A stretch of 53,188 nucleotides of DNA from a virus (Duplodnaviria > Caudoviricetes). This document shows, one piece after another, positions 1 to 8,391 of this stretch; the stretch's first letter is position 1, and each line of letters starts with the position of its first letter. Location of the stretch: positions 1 through 53,188 of the IMG/VR virus record IMGVR_UViG_3300032236_000387. One strand, given 5' to 3'. A model generated the notes under the pieces. That model was not told where the DNA came from, did not search any database, and saw nothing but the letters and a program-made list of their open reading frames with translations. Position numbers and translations under genes: made by a program.

Positions 1-123
1 GACCTTTTCCTCGAAGGCGGAGGCCAAAGCAGAGGCCAAACGCCGCGGCCTGAAGGCTTGGAATTACTGAAACCAGCAGGGGGCCACGGCCCCCGTTCAG
101 AACCTTAATCAAGGAAAAAATCA
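1..123 (+). repeat. 123-bp terminal direct repeat, left copy (probably circular assembly overlap)
   Basis: gaccttttcc...aaggaaaaaatca is identical to 53066-53188. Confidence 0.97.
79..94 (+). other. GC-rich hairpin GGGGGC-CACG-GCCCCC between early genes (pause, processing site or weak terminator)
   Basis: 6-bp perfect stem without U-tract; near-identical hairpin at 1321-1336. Confidence 0.5.
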
Positions 124-509
124 TGCGACTTGGAACCCAAACCGGAAGCCTCATCAACCATGTGCTTACGCATGGTGTTAACCCGACAGTGCCGGAAGTC
201 GGAGCACCGGCCACGATCTGCTCGTGGTCCGACCGTCAACCAGCCACAGTGTTTCGTGTGTTCATGGTTGGAAAGTCTGTGATCGTCGAGACACGCGATG
301 ACGACTATGTCCGGGTGGACACGAATGGGATCAGCGAATCCCAACAGTACGAGTACAAAACCATGGTCAATGGCTGCAAGCGTTACTGGAAGATCACTGA
401 CAAGGGCATACAGGCAGTCGAGCGCAACGAGAACGGTCGGTACGTTAAAGGCCCAAGTGGTGCTGTGGTGTTCGGACGCCGTGAGAAGTTCCACGATTAT
501 TCATTCTGA
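123..509 (+). CDS. Hypothetical early protein (128 aa)
   Basis: ORF with AAGGA RBS upstream. Confidence 0.8.
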   Translation: MRLGTQTGSLINHVLTHGVNPTVPEVGAPATICSWSDRQPATVFRVFMVGKSVIVETRDDDYVRVDTNGISESQQYEYKTMVNGCKRYWKITDKGIQAVERNENGRYVKGPSGAVVFGRREKFHDYSF

Positions 510-516
510 GGTAACC

Positions 517-624
517 ATGAAAAAGCTTAACGATATGACCCCGATGGACTGGCTGTTTGTGGCGGTGTACCTGATGGGGGTGGTGGTCTGTCTCTGTGAC
601 CTGATGGTGTGGCGACCATACTAG
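517..624 (+). CDS. Small membrane protein (35 aa, MKKLNDMTPMDWLFVAVYLMGVVVCLCDLMVWRPY)
   Basis: GAGG RBS, ATG at 517, one hydrophobic segment. Confidence 0.65.
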   Translation: MKKLNDMTPMDWLFVAVYLMGVVVCLCDLMVWRPY

Positions 625-645
625 GGTTTGTCCCTAGAAAAAAAT

Positions 646-727
646 CTGCATCAGTGCTTGACAGACTCTAACTGTTTGTTAGATACTTCTCTCACTGCAC
701 TGATGCAGGTTAATCAAGGAGAACGAA
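646..727 (+). promoter_or_regulatory. Early promoter cassette 1: TTGACA(658)-18bp-GATACT, operator TCTAAC-N5-GTTAGA, flanking inverted repeat, RBS
   Basis: One of four near-identical copies; consensus -35 and lambda PL-type -10. Confidence 0.85.
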
Positions 728-1315
728 ATGGCAATCCGCGGAACAGCACCAATCGAGCACCCAGCACAATACGCAGCGGTTACCCGCCAGCGCATTATCG
801 CCAACGCCAAGATTACGTTTTGCCGCACCTACCCTGATGCGAATCAGATCATTGAGTGGGTGGAAAGCTTCAAAGAGTATGACTACAGCGGCATCATTTC
901 GTACCCTGCCAATTTCGGCGGTTCCCTGTCCCGCGCATTCGATACCTACGGCAAGCTGACCGAGGGCCAAGTTAACGCTGTTCGCAAGATCATGGCCACG
1001 CAGGCTGCACGCAAGGCCGAGTGGGCATCGAAAGAGGCCGCGCTGAACGCTAACCGTGAGCACATCGGCGTGGTTGGTCAGAAGGTCACCATCACCCTGA
1101 CGGTCAAGCACATCGTCGAGCTTGAGTCGATCTACGGTGCCAACTATATCCACATCTGCGAGGATGCATTCCACAACGTCATCATCTACAAGGGCAAGTC
1201 CGAATCCTTCCCCCGTAAGGGCGAGACTGCCACTGTGGTGGCCACCGTCAAAGAGCACGGTGTGCGCGATGGCGTGAAGCAGACCATCATCCAGCGCCCC
1301 AAGCTGGCCAAGTAA
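728..1315 (+). CDS. Hypothetical early protein, possible C-terminal OB-fold (195 aa)
   Basis: AAGGAG RBS; beta-rich C-terminus (HIGVVGQKVTITLTV...ATVKEH...QTIIQRPK). Confidence 0.75.
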   Translation: MAIRGTAPIEHPAQYAAVTRQRIIANAKITFCRTYPDANQIIEWVESFKEYDYSGIISYPANFGGSLSRAFDTYGKLTEGQVNAVRKIMATQAARKAEWASKEAALNANREHIGVVGQKVTITLTVKHIVELESIYGANYIHICEDAFHNVIIYKGKSESFPRKGETATVVATVKEHGVRDGVKQTIIQRPKLAK

Positions 1316-1320
1316 ACCGA

Positions 1321-1346
1321 GGGGGCTACGGCCCCCAAATTATTTT
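1321..1346 (+). terminator. Putative terminator hairpin GGGGGC-TACG-GCCCCC
   Basis: Stem directly after stop codon, AT-rich tail. Confidence 0.5.
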
Positions 1347-1356
1347 CACGATACGC

Positions 1357-1424
1357 TTGACAACTCTAATTTTTTGTTAGATACTGTCTTCACTGCACAG
1401 ACGCAGGTAACCAAGGAGATCGAG
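1357..1424 (+). promoter_or_regulatory. Early promoter cassette 2: TTGACA(1357)-17bp-GATACT, operator TCTAAT-N5-GTTAGA, RBS
   Basis: Repeat of cassette 1. Confidence 0.85.
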
Positions 1425-1622
1425 ATGGACCGATTCGAGAGCGCGATGGACGACAATGAAGCTAACCGGACCCGGTTGGTCGAGCAGTTCGTAACGTATG
1501 CGAACCTGCAGGCCGCGGTGGTCGCAGGGTTCGACGACGAGTGGATTGCCAACCTGATCGGCGAGCCTGTTCACTCGTGGGCAATTGACTTCGTCGGCCA
1601 CGAACTGGGAGATCTGGCATGA
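1425..1622 (+). CDS. Hypothetical protein (65 aa, MDRFESAMDD...)
   Basis: ATG follows the cassette RBS; the longer ORF-track start lies inside the promoter. Confidence 0.75.
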   Translation: MDRFESAMDDNEANRTRLVEQFVTYANLQAAVVAGFDDEWIANLIGEPVHSWAIDFVGHELGDLA

Positions 1623-1846
1623 ATCACATCCACAAGCTTCAAAACGAGGTGGTTGGGGCAAACCACCGGATCGTGGGGCTGCTTGAGCGCATCCACGAAC
1701 TCCGCGTCCACCTGCAGAGCAGCAAGTTCGGGCCGCAGTCGGATGGCACTCGCGGGGACTGGATGAGCACTACGGACATCAACCGTTGGCTGCGCTACAT
1801 CGAGGATCCTTCGAACGACGAACAACAATTTGGAATTGGAGAGTGA
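1619..1846 (+). CDS. Hypothetical protein (75 aa)
   Basis: ATGA-coupled to the upstream gene. Confidence 0.7.
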   Translation: MNHIHKLQNEVVGANHRIVGLLERIHELRVHLQSSKFGPQSDGTRGDWMSTTDINRWLRYIEDPSNDEQQFGIGE

Positions 1847-1848
1847 GC

Positions 1849-2034
1849 ATGAAAATCGATACTACAATCACCACAGATAGTGGCATTCGCGTTTCAGTGT
1901 CTGAGTGGGACGAAGGCTGCATATGGATGCACCTGCAATACCGTAACGGCAGCAGCCACTTTGTGATGACCGCACAAGAGGCCGAGCAGTTGGCGGCTAA
2001 CCTGTTGGAAACCTTGAAGGAAAATCAGTCATGA
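1849..2034 (+). CDS. Hypothetical protein (61 aa, MKIDTTITTDSG...)
   Basis: GGAG RBS, ATG at 1849. Confidence 0.7.
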   Translation: MKIDTTITTDSGIRVSVSEWDEGCIWMHLQYRNGSSHFVMTAQEAEQLAANLLETLKENQS

Positions 2035-2207
2035 ACATGGGAAGCATCTTCGATCAACTCGAAAAGGATCTGCTGGAGGAATTCAAGGCGATCACTCCGG
2101 AGCAGCGGGCCGCGGATGACGCACGGCGAAAAGCACTGCGGGAGTGGGAAGCAGCGCACACTGCGTTCGACAACGACATTGACCCTGAAGATAAGGAGTT
2201 TGAATGA
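2031..2207 (+). CDS. Hypothetical protein (58 aa, MNMGSIFDQLEKDLL...), below ORF-track cutoff
   Basis: ATGA overlap at both ends, AAGGA RBS. Confidence 0.65.
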   Translation: MNMGSIFDQLEKDLLEEFKAITPEQRAADDARRKALREWEAAHTAFDNDIDPEDKEFE

Positions 2208-2461
2208 TACGGTTCAACACACGCCAAAGGAGAGAGTCGTTGGACTTCATGAAGAAAAAATCATTTGATGAATCGAGTGAGATATTCGATCTGTTTGCCG
2301 GGTTAGCGATGCACGCAATCCTGCAGAGATCGAACCTCTCGATCACTAGGGACAGTGCCGCCGCGGAAAGGCTGGCGAAGTGGGCATATGGCCAAGCAGC
2401 CGCCATGATGGCTGTGAGGGAAGGAATCGACTTCAGCGATATCGACGAGGATGAATTATGA
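2204..2461 (+). CDS. Hypothetical protein, D-x-FA-xx-AM...AY-xx-A-x-AMM family, paralog 1
   Basis: Motif shared with the next ORF. Confidence 0.7.
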   Translation: MIRFNTRQRRESLDFMKKKSFDESSEIFDLFAGLAMHAILQRSNLSITRDSAAAERLAKWAYGQAAAMMAVREGIDFSDIDEDEL

Positions 2462-2673
2462 AATTCAACGAAGACAACTGGCCGAAAGGCGACGAGTTGA
2501 TAGACCAGTTCGCACTGGCTGCAATGCACCTACTCGGCGTGCAGAACGGCTACTACAGCGAGACAGAGCGAGCAGTTGAGGCGTACAACATCGCCGCGGC
2601 AATGATGCGTGAGCGCCGACTCCGGATCAAAGAACTGCAGGAGAACGTCAGAGTAGGAGAGCAACCATGGTAA
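2458..2673 (+). CDS. Hypothetical protein, same family, paralog 2
   Basis: DQFALAAM...AYNIAAAMMRER. Confidence 0.7.
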   Translation: MKFNEDNWPKGDELIDQFALAAMHLLGVQNGYYSETERAVEAYNIAAAMMRERRLRIKELQENVRVGEQPW

Positions 2674-2873
2674 CGCGCAAGAAAGCCTCGGTTGAGCCTC
2701 CAGTCCCCCAGTACTCAATGCCCATGGAGGTTCATGATTGGATAGAAAGAGCAAACGCAACCATCCAGCATATGCGCGGAGAGATACAGAGGATGAAGCA
2801 GGAAGTGTTCGAGTTGAAGCAATACAAAGCATGGGCAGAGCGCAGGATACTTCGCAGCGAACAAGAAGATTGA
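2667..2873 (+). CDS. Hypothetical coiled-coil protein (68 aa)
   Basis: AGGAG RBS, heptad pattern. Confidence 0.7.
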   Translation: MVTRKKASVEPPVPQYSMPMEVHDWIERANATIQHMRGEIQRMKQEVFELKQYKAWAERRILRSEQED

Positions 2874-2906
2874 GTTACACTCCCCCCAACCAAACAGGGG
2901 GGAATA

Positions 2907-3389
2907 GTGAAGCTTGGAAGGCCAGAAAGTTACTCAGACCAACTAGCAGATGAGATCTGTCACAGACTCTCAGGCGGAGAGTCGCTGAGATCAATCTGTG
3001 CAGATCCACGCATTCCCAGTCAGCAGACTGTTTATTCATGGCTGATCAAAAAGCCTGCTTTTCTGGAGAAATACACACGCGCTCGTGAAGCACAGGCGGA
3101 GACGATGGCCGATGAAATCGTGGCCATTGCAGACGAAACGCCCATCACCACGCCGGTGTACAACAAGGATGGCGAGCAGATCGACATCAAGCTGGACTCA
3201 GCGTATGTCCAGTGGCAGCGCCAGCGCATAGACGCCCGGAAATGGACTGCATCTAAACTTCGACCCAAGAAGTATGGCGACCGCACACTGGTGGCCGGTG
3301 ACGCCGAGAATCCCCTGCAAGTGGGAATCAATGAAACGGTGTTCGGGGAGATCCTGAAAAACCTGAAGATGTCTCGGCAGGTCGAATGA
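2907..3389 (+). CDS. terS: Terminase small subunit (Sf6 gp1-like HTH)
   Basis: GRPESYS...ICHRLSGGESLRSIC...RIDARKWTASKLRPKKYGD; directly upstream of TerL. Confidence 0.85.
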   Translation: MKLGRPESYSDQLADEICHRLSGGESLRSICADPRIPSQQTVYSWLIKKPAFLEKYTRAREAQAETMADEIVAIADETPITTPVYNKDGEQIDIKLDSAYVQWQRQRIDARKWTASKLRPKKYGDRTLVAGDAENPLQVGINETVFGEILKNLKMSRQVE

Positions 3390-3390
3390 A

Positions 3391-3407
3391 GTGTAATCGG
3401 ATTACAC
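3391..3407. promoter_or_regulatory. 17-bp palindrome GTGTAATC-G-GATTACAC, site 1
   Basis: Perfect inverted repeat (21 bp with AA/TT flanks); five copies in the genome. Confidence 0.85.
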
Positions 3408-3422
3408 TTTGTACCCGGTAGG

Positions 3423-3439
3423 GTGTAATCGGATTACAC
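3423..3439. promoter_or_regulatory. 17-bp palindrome, site 2, abutting the TerL start codon
   Basis: Identical to site 1, 32 bp downstream. Confidence 0.85.
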
Positions 3440-3440
3440 C

Positions 3441-4871
3441 ATGGGTGCAGTAGAGGCCATCCTTTCTGATCCGAATCTGCCGCAGGAATTCGGCAGATTG
3501 AACCAATACGACCAGATCTATTTCAACTGGCGCTCGCAGTGGTATCAGAAGGCGCACAAGCACCAGATCGAACCTGACGGTGACTGGTGGAATGTCTTTC
3601 TTTTATTGGCCGGGAGGGGAGCGGGCAAGACCAGAGCAGCAGCGGAAGCATTGGGTGAATGGGCCTGGGAGCAGCCGGGGTCGCGCTGGCTCGTTTCAGC
3701 GCCAACCAGTGGTGACGTCAGGGGAACCTGCTTCGAGGGCGATAGCGGCCTGCTGAACGTCATTCCAAAGGAATTGGTGGCGGACTACAACAAGTCGCTC
3801 CATGAGATCAAACTGGTCAATGGATCGTTCATCAAGGGAATTCCAGCCAGCGAGCCTGAACGGTTCCGCGGTGGCCAATGGCATGGTGCTTGGTGCGACG
3901 AGTTGGCCGCGTGGGAGTATTTGCAAGAAGCGTGGGACCAGATTCAATTCGCGGTGCGGTTGGGTAAGCGAACGCGCATCATTGCATCGACGACGCCAAA
4001 GCCTAAGCCATTGATCATGGAGCTAGTGGGCAGGAACGGCGACGATGTTGCCGTGACGATGGCGAGTACCTACACGAACATTGCCAATCTGGCTCCGACG
4101 TTCCAAAAGCAGATTCTGCAGTACGAGGGCACCAAGCTAGGACGGCAGGAGATCCACGCCGAGCTGATCGACGTCGAGGAAGGTGGCATCGTCAAGCGCG
4201 ACTGGTTCCGGTTGTGGCCAGACGGCAAACCGTTCCCGAAGCTGGAATACATCATCCAGAGCTACGACTGCGCCACGTCGGACAAGACATACAACGACCC
4301 GACCGGCTGCATTACGCTGGGCGTGTTCAAGCCTATGGATGGCGGTATGAGCGTAATCATTCTGGACTGCTGGCAAGACCACCTGCAGTACCCGGATCTG
4401 CGCCCTAAAGTAATCGCCGAGTACGAAATGGTGTTCGGGCAAGGAAAAGACAAAAAGCTGGTTGATCTGGTGCTGGTCGAAGACAAGAGCGCAGGCATCA
4501 GCTTGATTCAGGACTTGCAACGGGCGCACCTTCCGGTCCATGCCTACAATCCGGGCCAAGCAGACAAGGTGCAGCGGTTAAGCATTGTGGCCAACATCAT
4601 TAAGGCTGGCCGGGTTTGGGTGCCGGAGTCGGGCGTGAGGCGCGGTTATGTAAGGGACTGGGCTGAAGGGATGGTCACCCAGATCTGCAGCTTTCCAGAG
4701 GGGGCAACACACGATGAATTCGTGGACTGCATCAGTCAGGGGCTGCGGTATCTAAGGGATGCCGGGTGGATCAGCATTGATGCGCCACCGAGGGAGGAGA
4801 TCGAGCAGGAGGACATCACGGATGCCGAGATCTACAACCTGAAGAACAAGGCCAATCCATATGCACAATGA
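3441..4871 (+). CDS. terL: Terminase large subunit
   Basis: Walker A AGRGAGKT, Walker B AWCDE, coupling motif STTPK, nuclease domain (SYDCA...HDEFVD). Confidence 0.95.
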   Translation: MGAVEAILSDPNLPQEFGRLNQYDQIYFNWRSQWYQKAHKHQIEPDGDWWNVFLLLAGRGAGKTRAAAEALGEWAWEQPGSRWLVSAPTSGDVRGTCFEGDSGLLNVIPKELVADYNKSLHEIKLVNGSFIKGIPASEPERFRGGQWHGAWCDELAAWEYLQEAWDQIQFAVRLGKRTRIIASTTPKPKPLIMELVGRNGDDVAVTMASTYTNIANLAPTFQKQILQYEGTKLGRQEIHAELIDVEEGGIVKRDWFRLWPDGKPFPKLEYIIQSYDCATSDKTYNDPTGCITLGVFKPMDGGMSVIILDCWQDHLQYPDLRPKVIAEYEMVFGQGKDKKLVDLVLVEDKSAGISLIQDLQRAHLPVHAYNPGQADKVQRLSIVANIIKAGRVWVPESGVRRGYVRDWAEGMVTQICSFPEGATHDEFVDCISQGLRYLRDAGWISIDAPPREEIEQEDITDAEIYNLKNKANPYAQ

Positions 4872-5070
4872 CGGTATGTTCGTGGATATGTCGGACAAGT
4901 CCTACGTTAAGGTGGTGCATCTGGATGGGGTGCGGATTACGGCGTTTGACAATGTATTCGAGATTACGGCCAAGCCGGGTTCGGACATCTGGGAGCAGTA
5001 CGCGGTGCAGATGCTGAAGGATTGGATCAGGTGGCGCAAGAAGCAGTTGCTCGAGTCGGAAGGCCAATAG
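4861..5070 (+). CDS. Hypothetical protein (69 aa)
   Basis: Fills the gap between TerL and the next gene. Confidence 0.55.
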   Translation: MHNDGMFVDMSDKSYVKVVHLDGVRITAFDNVFEITAKPGSDIWEQYAVQMLKDWIRWRKKQLLESEGQ

Positions 5071-5082
5071 GATAATCGCGGT

Positions 5083-8000
5083 ATGAGCGACAAGCACTTG
5101 ATGGGGATCAACGTGACGACCGACCGCAAGGCTGGCCGTCGTTACGCTGATCTGATCGTGGATGGCCACAAGGCGTATGAGTCGCGCAATGGAGATACGC
5201 TTAGACCGTATGTAGGCAAGCGTGTGGCCATTGTCCGGACCGGAGAGGGACCAGCAAAGGCCATTGGTGAAGTGACGGTCGGCGAGCCGATGGTGGTGAA
5301 CCAAAAGCAGTTTAGGGGCATGGAGCATCACCATCTGGTGCCAGAGGGATCGTCGTTTGACATTAAGACGCCGACCAAGCATTTGTACCCGATGCATAAC
5401 CCGGTGCGCTATGAGCAGGAATACGATGTTGGGCACGGGATCATTGCCCGGAAGGTGCATAAAGCAGAAGGCGGATCAGTGAGCGAACCAAAGAAGACCG
5501 TCAAGGCGTACAAACTGTTCCGGGTCCATCCCAAGCATCCCGGCAAACTGTTCCCGCTGTTTGTGGACTCGAACACTCCGGTGGCCATGAACGAGTGGGT
5601 GGCCGCGAAGGAAGGCGAGATGGCCAATGGCAAGGTCAAGTCGAAGCTGGGGCCGCTGGCGTACAGGCCGGGATGGCACGCTGGGGATTTGCCAATTGCC
5701 ACGCACATCGGGGAGAAGTCGCACAAGGATCTGAAGGCACCCGACCGCAGGCCAGCAAACCATGCATGGGCCGAGATCGAGATGCCCGATGATGTGGATT
5801 GGCAGTCGGAAGCGAACAAGCGCGGCGTGAACGCTAAAGGCAAGTTCATTCCGAGTCGGGCGCACATCACCGATCAACTACCTCATGAGGGGCACTATCG
5901 GTACAAGACCAACCCGAACATGACGGGGAACTGGCTCATTGGCGGGGCCATGAAGGTCAACAAGGTGCTGACCGATGACGAGGTCAAGAAGATCAACGAG
6001 CAAGCCGGTGCAAAGGATTTGCCAAGGGCGGCACCGTTTGATGCCAAGCATTTTGGGTTTAGGGATGGCGGCGTAGTGGGGCCAGAAGAGTGGGTGGCCG
6101 AGGAGCACGTCAATCATCATCACATCGTACATAAGGCGGAAGGCGGACTAATGGATACTTCACTGGCGCAGATGCGTATGGCGTTATCGCGCCAGAGCAA
6201 TCCCAAGATGATGGACAGTGTTGGGTTGAATGAAGCTCTGGACATGAAACCTAAGATGTTCATCAATCCCAACTCGAAGACGCAGGGCAATCCTGACGTG
6301 GGTGGGGTTCCAAGTAACGCCAGCCTGCCGATTGGCGGAATTGATGCCAATCCGATGGCTCAAGGCCAACAGATGGTTCCTAAAGCACCGCAGGCGCAAG
6401 CGCAGCCACAAAGTCCGCCGGGTAATCCTGCGCCGATGACGGGATCGCCACCGGATGGTCAACAGGGCGGACCCAAAGGAAATCTATTGGCTCTGACCTC
6501 ACAAGGGCAAGCATTGAATGCGTTGAAGCCAGCGCCAATGGCTGATGGTGGATTAGCCAAGTTCAAAGCCGCGATGATGTTCAAGCGCGATCAGGCAAAA
6601 CACCGGATGTACGCAAAAGGCGGGAAGGTTTACGAAGAGACTGAAAAGCCCAAGCGCATCAAGTTCAACGCAAAAGGTCATGGCGGTGTCAGCGGGATTG
6701 TGGTGCCGCGTCATATGTGGGAAGGAAGCCAGCACGCTGAAGGGATGGAGAAGGTCAACGCGGCAAGGGCTGCGGTTTATGGAGGTGAGAAGCGTTCACC
6801 GTTGGGGATCAATCAAGTGGGTCGTATTCACCGGGATACGCTCAATGATCATTTCAAGAAACCAATTGAGCAGCAGCAGGCCGATGAGCAGGCCGCGTTA
6901 GAACGCTTACGGAAAGCCAAGCATATTGGCCGCGGGGCGAACACGCTGGATGAAAGCGAGAAGCTAGACACGGTCAGGCATGAGCGCGATGCACAGGGCC
7001 GTACCCATGTGGGGTATGCGTCTAAGGGTGTGGCGGGGCATTCGTTATACACGTCAGGACACGGTGACGAGCAAGAGCACCACGTCATCAATACCTGCCC
7101 CGGCCAGACGGTCGGATGCGGCGGTGGTATTGATAAGAGCGGAGTTGTGGATACCAGTAAGGGAACGTGTTTTGCGCCCAATGCGGAGTCGCAGTATGTA
7201 AACGCGGCGGTACGTCGGGCAAGCCATGAGCAGGCCAAGCATGACCCGGCAATGACGCGGGATTGGATTTTGGCGCACACTGGGTCATTGAGGGGTGTGT
7301 CGAACACCGCGGACAAAAAGAATGTCCGGACGTTGTTCAGGCCAAACGTGGTGGACGAAACTGACGTGTCATCGCGTCATGCAATTCGGCATTTGAATGA
7401 GCAACGTAAAGCTGCAGGCAAACCACCGATTATTGCCAACTCGTATGGCAAGACCACGGAACTGCATGACCCGGAGAACGGGTATTACGTTACGCACTCG
7501 AACGTCGGGCCTAAGACCAAACACGGCAAATCAATTGAAGAGAACATTGGGCGAGACAAGCAGCGTGTTCGATCAACGATTCTGGCCGCGGACGCCAGCG
7601 GAAAAAACTTTACAAACGAACAGGGTAACAAGACGCCACCCAAGGGTTCGTACATGGTGACCGATGTGAAGCGTGGATCGCCGTTGTCAAAAGCGATGCA
7701 GGAACACATTACGCACGCCAAGTATTGGTCAACGCCAAAACCCGTAGAAAGCCTCAGTGACGAGGAAAAAGCTGAAGGTGAAGAGAACCATTACAACGGT
7801 CATGGGAAGCCTACAACGCCGGACAAGTCGCACTATGGGCATACGACGCTGAATGGGCAGCGGTACGACTACCAAAAGCAACACGTTTTGCACCCAAGGC
7901 TGGTGCAGGTTGGAAAGAATCCAGATGGTAGTGATCACATGATCCCTACCGATTCACGGTTTAAGGATGAGGATTTCCTTCCGAAAAATCGGTACATGAC

Positions 8001-8391
8001 CAAGAATGGCAAGAAAGCTGGTCATATCTTGATGACTACGCCAACAGAATCAACCAGTAATTTGGCCCATCACACGTCGTTTACGCACCATGTAAACGAT
8101 AATCATATAGAGTATGCCAAAAACCATAACGGGGAGTATGAGATTGATCCCCCAGCACAACAGGAAGCCAGCATGGGCAAAGAGTACGTTGCTCCACAAG
8201 AAGTGAAGATTGCAAAGAGAGTTGTGAAGAAAGCCATGGGTGGATCAATTGAATCCGATGAGGGATTAAATGACGACAATTTCCATGCATTCCCAGAGCG
8301 CAATTTTGCAGCGCAACACCACTTGGCGCATCGTGCGGGGATTCAGGACATCACTGATATGCCCCATGAGCACCTGCACAATAAAGGCTGA
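5083..8391 (+). CDS. Large multidomain (polyvalent-type) protein: ASCH-like domain, uncharacterised domain and GP88/radical-SAM-like domain, separated by xAxGG motifs
   Basis: ASCH motif YADLIVDGHKAYESR; Cys triad TCPGQTVGC...GTCFA with FRPNVVD and NSYGKT; six GG motifs; true start may be ATG 5083. Confidence 0.7.
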   Translation: MSDKHLMGINVTTDRKAGRRYADLIVDGHKAYESRNGDTLRPYVGKRVAIVRTGEGPAKAIGEVTVGEPMVVNQKQFRGMEHHHLVPEGSSFDIKTPTKHLYPMHNPVRYEQEYDVGHGIIARKVHKAEGGSVSEPKKTVKAYKLFRVHPKHPGKLFPLFVDSNTPVAMNEWVAAKEGEMANGKVKSKLGPLAYRPGWHAGDLPIATHIGEKSHKDLKAPDRRPANHAWAEIEMPDDVDWQSEANKRGVNAKGKFIPSRAHITDQLPHEGHYRYKTNPNMTGNWLIGGAMKVNKVLTDDEVKKINEQAGAKDLPRAAPFDAKHFGFRDGGVVGPEEWVAEEHVNHHHIVHKAEGGLMDTSLAQMRMALSRQSNPKMMDSVGLNEALDMKPKMFINPNSKTQGNPDVGGVPSNASLPIGGIDANPMAQGQQMVPKAPQAQAQPQSPPGNPAPMTGSPPDGQQGGPKGNLLALTSQGQALNALKPAPMADGGLAKFKAAMMFKRDQAKHRMYAKGGKVYEETEKPKRIKFNAKGHGGVSGIVVPRHMWEGSQHAEGMEKVNAARAAVYGGEKRSPLGINQVGRIHRDTLNDHFKKPIEQQQADEQAALERLRKAKHIGRGANTLDESEKLDTVRHERDAQGRTHVGYASKGVAGHSLYTSGHGDEQEHHVINTCPGQTVGCGGGIDKSGVVDTSKGTCFAPNAESQYVNAAVRRASHEQAKHDPAMTRDWILAHTGSLRGVSNTADKKNVRTLFRPNVVDETDVSSRHAIRHLNEQRKAAGKPPIIANSYGKTTELHDPENGYYVTHSNVGPKTKHGKSIEENIGRDKQRVRSTILAADASGKNFTNEQGNKTPPKGSYMVTDVKRGSPLSKAMQEHITHAKYWSTPKPVESLSDEEKAEGEENHYNGHGKPTTPDKSHYGHTTLNGQRYDYQKQHVLHPRLVQVGKNPDGSDHMIPTDSRFKDEDFLPKNRYMTKNGKKAGHILMTTPTESTSNLAHHTSFTHHVNDNHIEYAKNHNGEYEIDPPAQQEASMGKEYVAPQEVKIAKRVVKKAMGGSIESDEGLNDDNFHAFPERNFAAQHHLAHRAGIQDITDMPHEHLHNKG

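Noticed and set aside
1-123. Biological terminal repeat of the virion DNA
   Set aside because: The repeat starts mid-gene and its length fits an assembler overlap; it shows circularity or terminal redundancy, not true ends.
621-1424. CRISPR array or tRNA-like repeats
   Set aside because: The repeats are promoter/RBS units separated by whole genes, not 30-40 bp spacers; no cloverleaf; no cas operon (the PD-(D/E)XK nuclease is a typical phage exonuclease).
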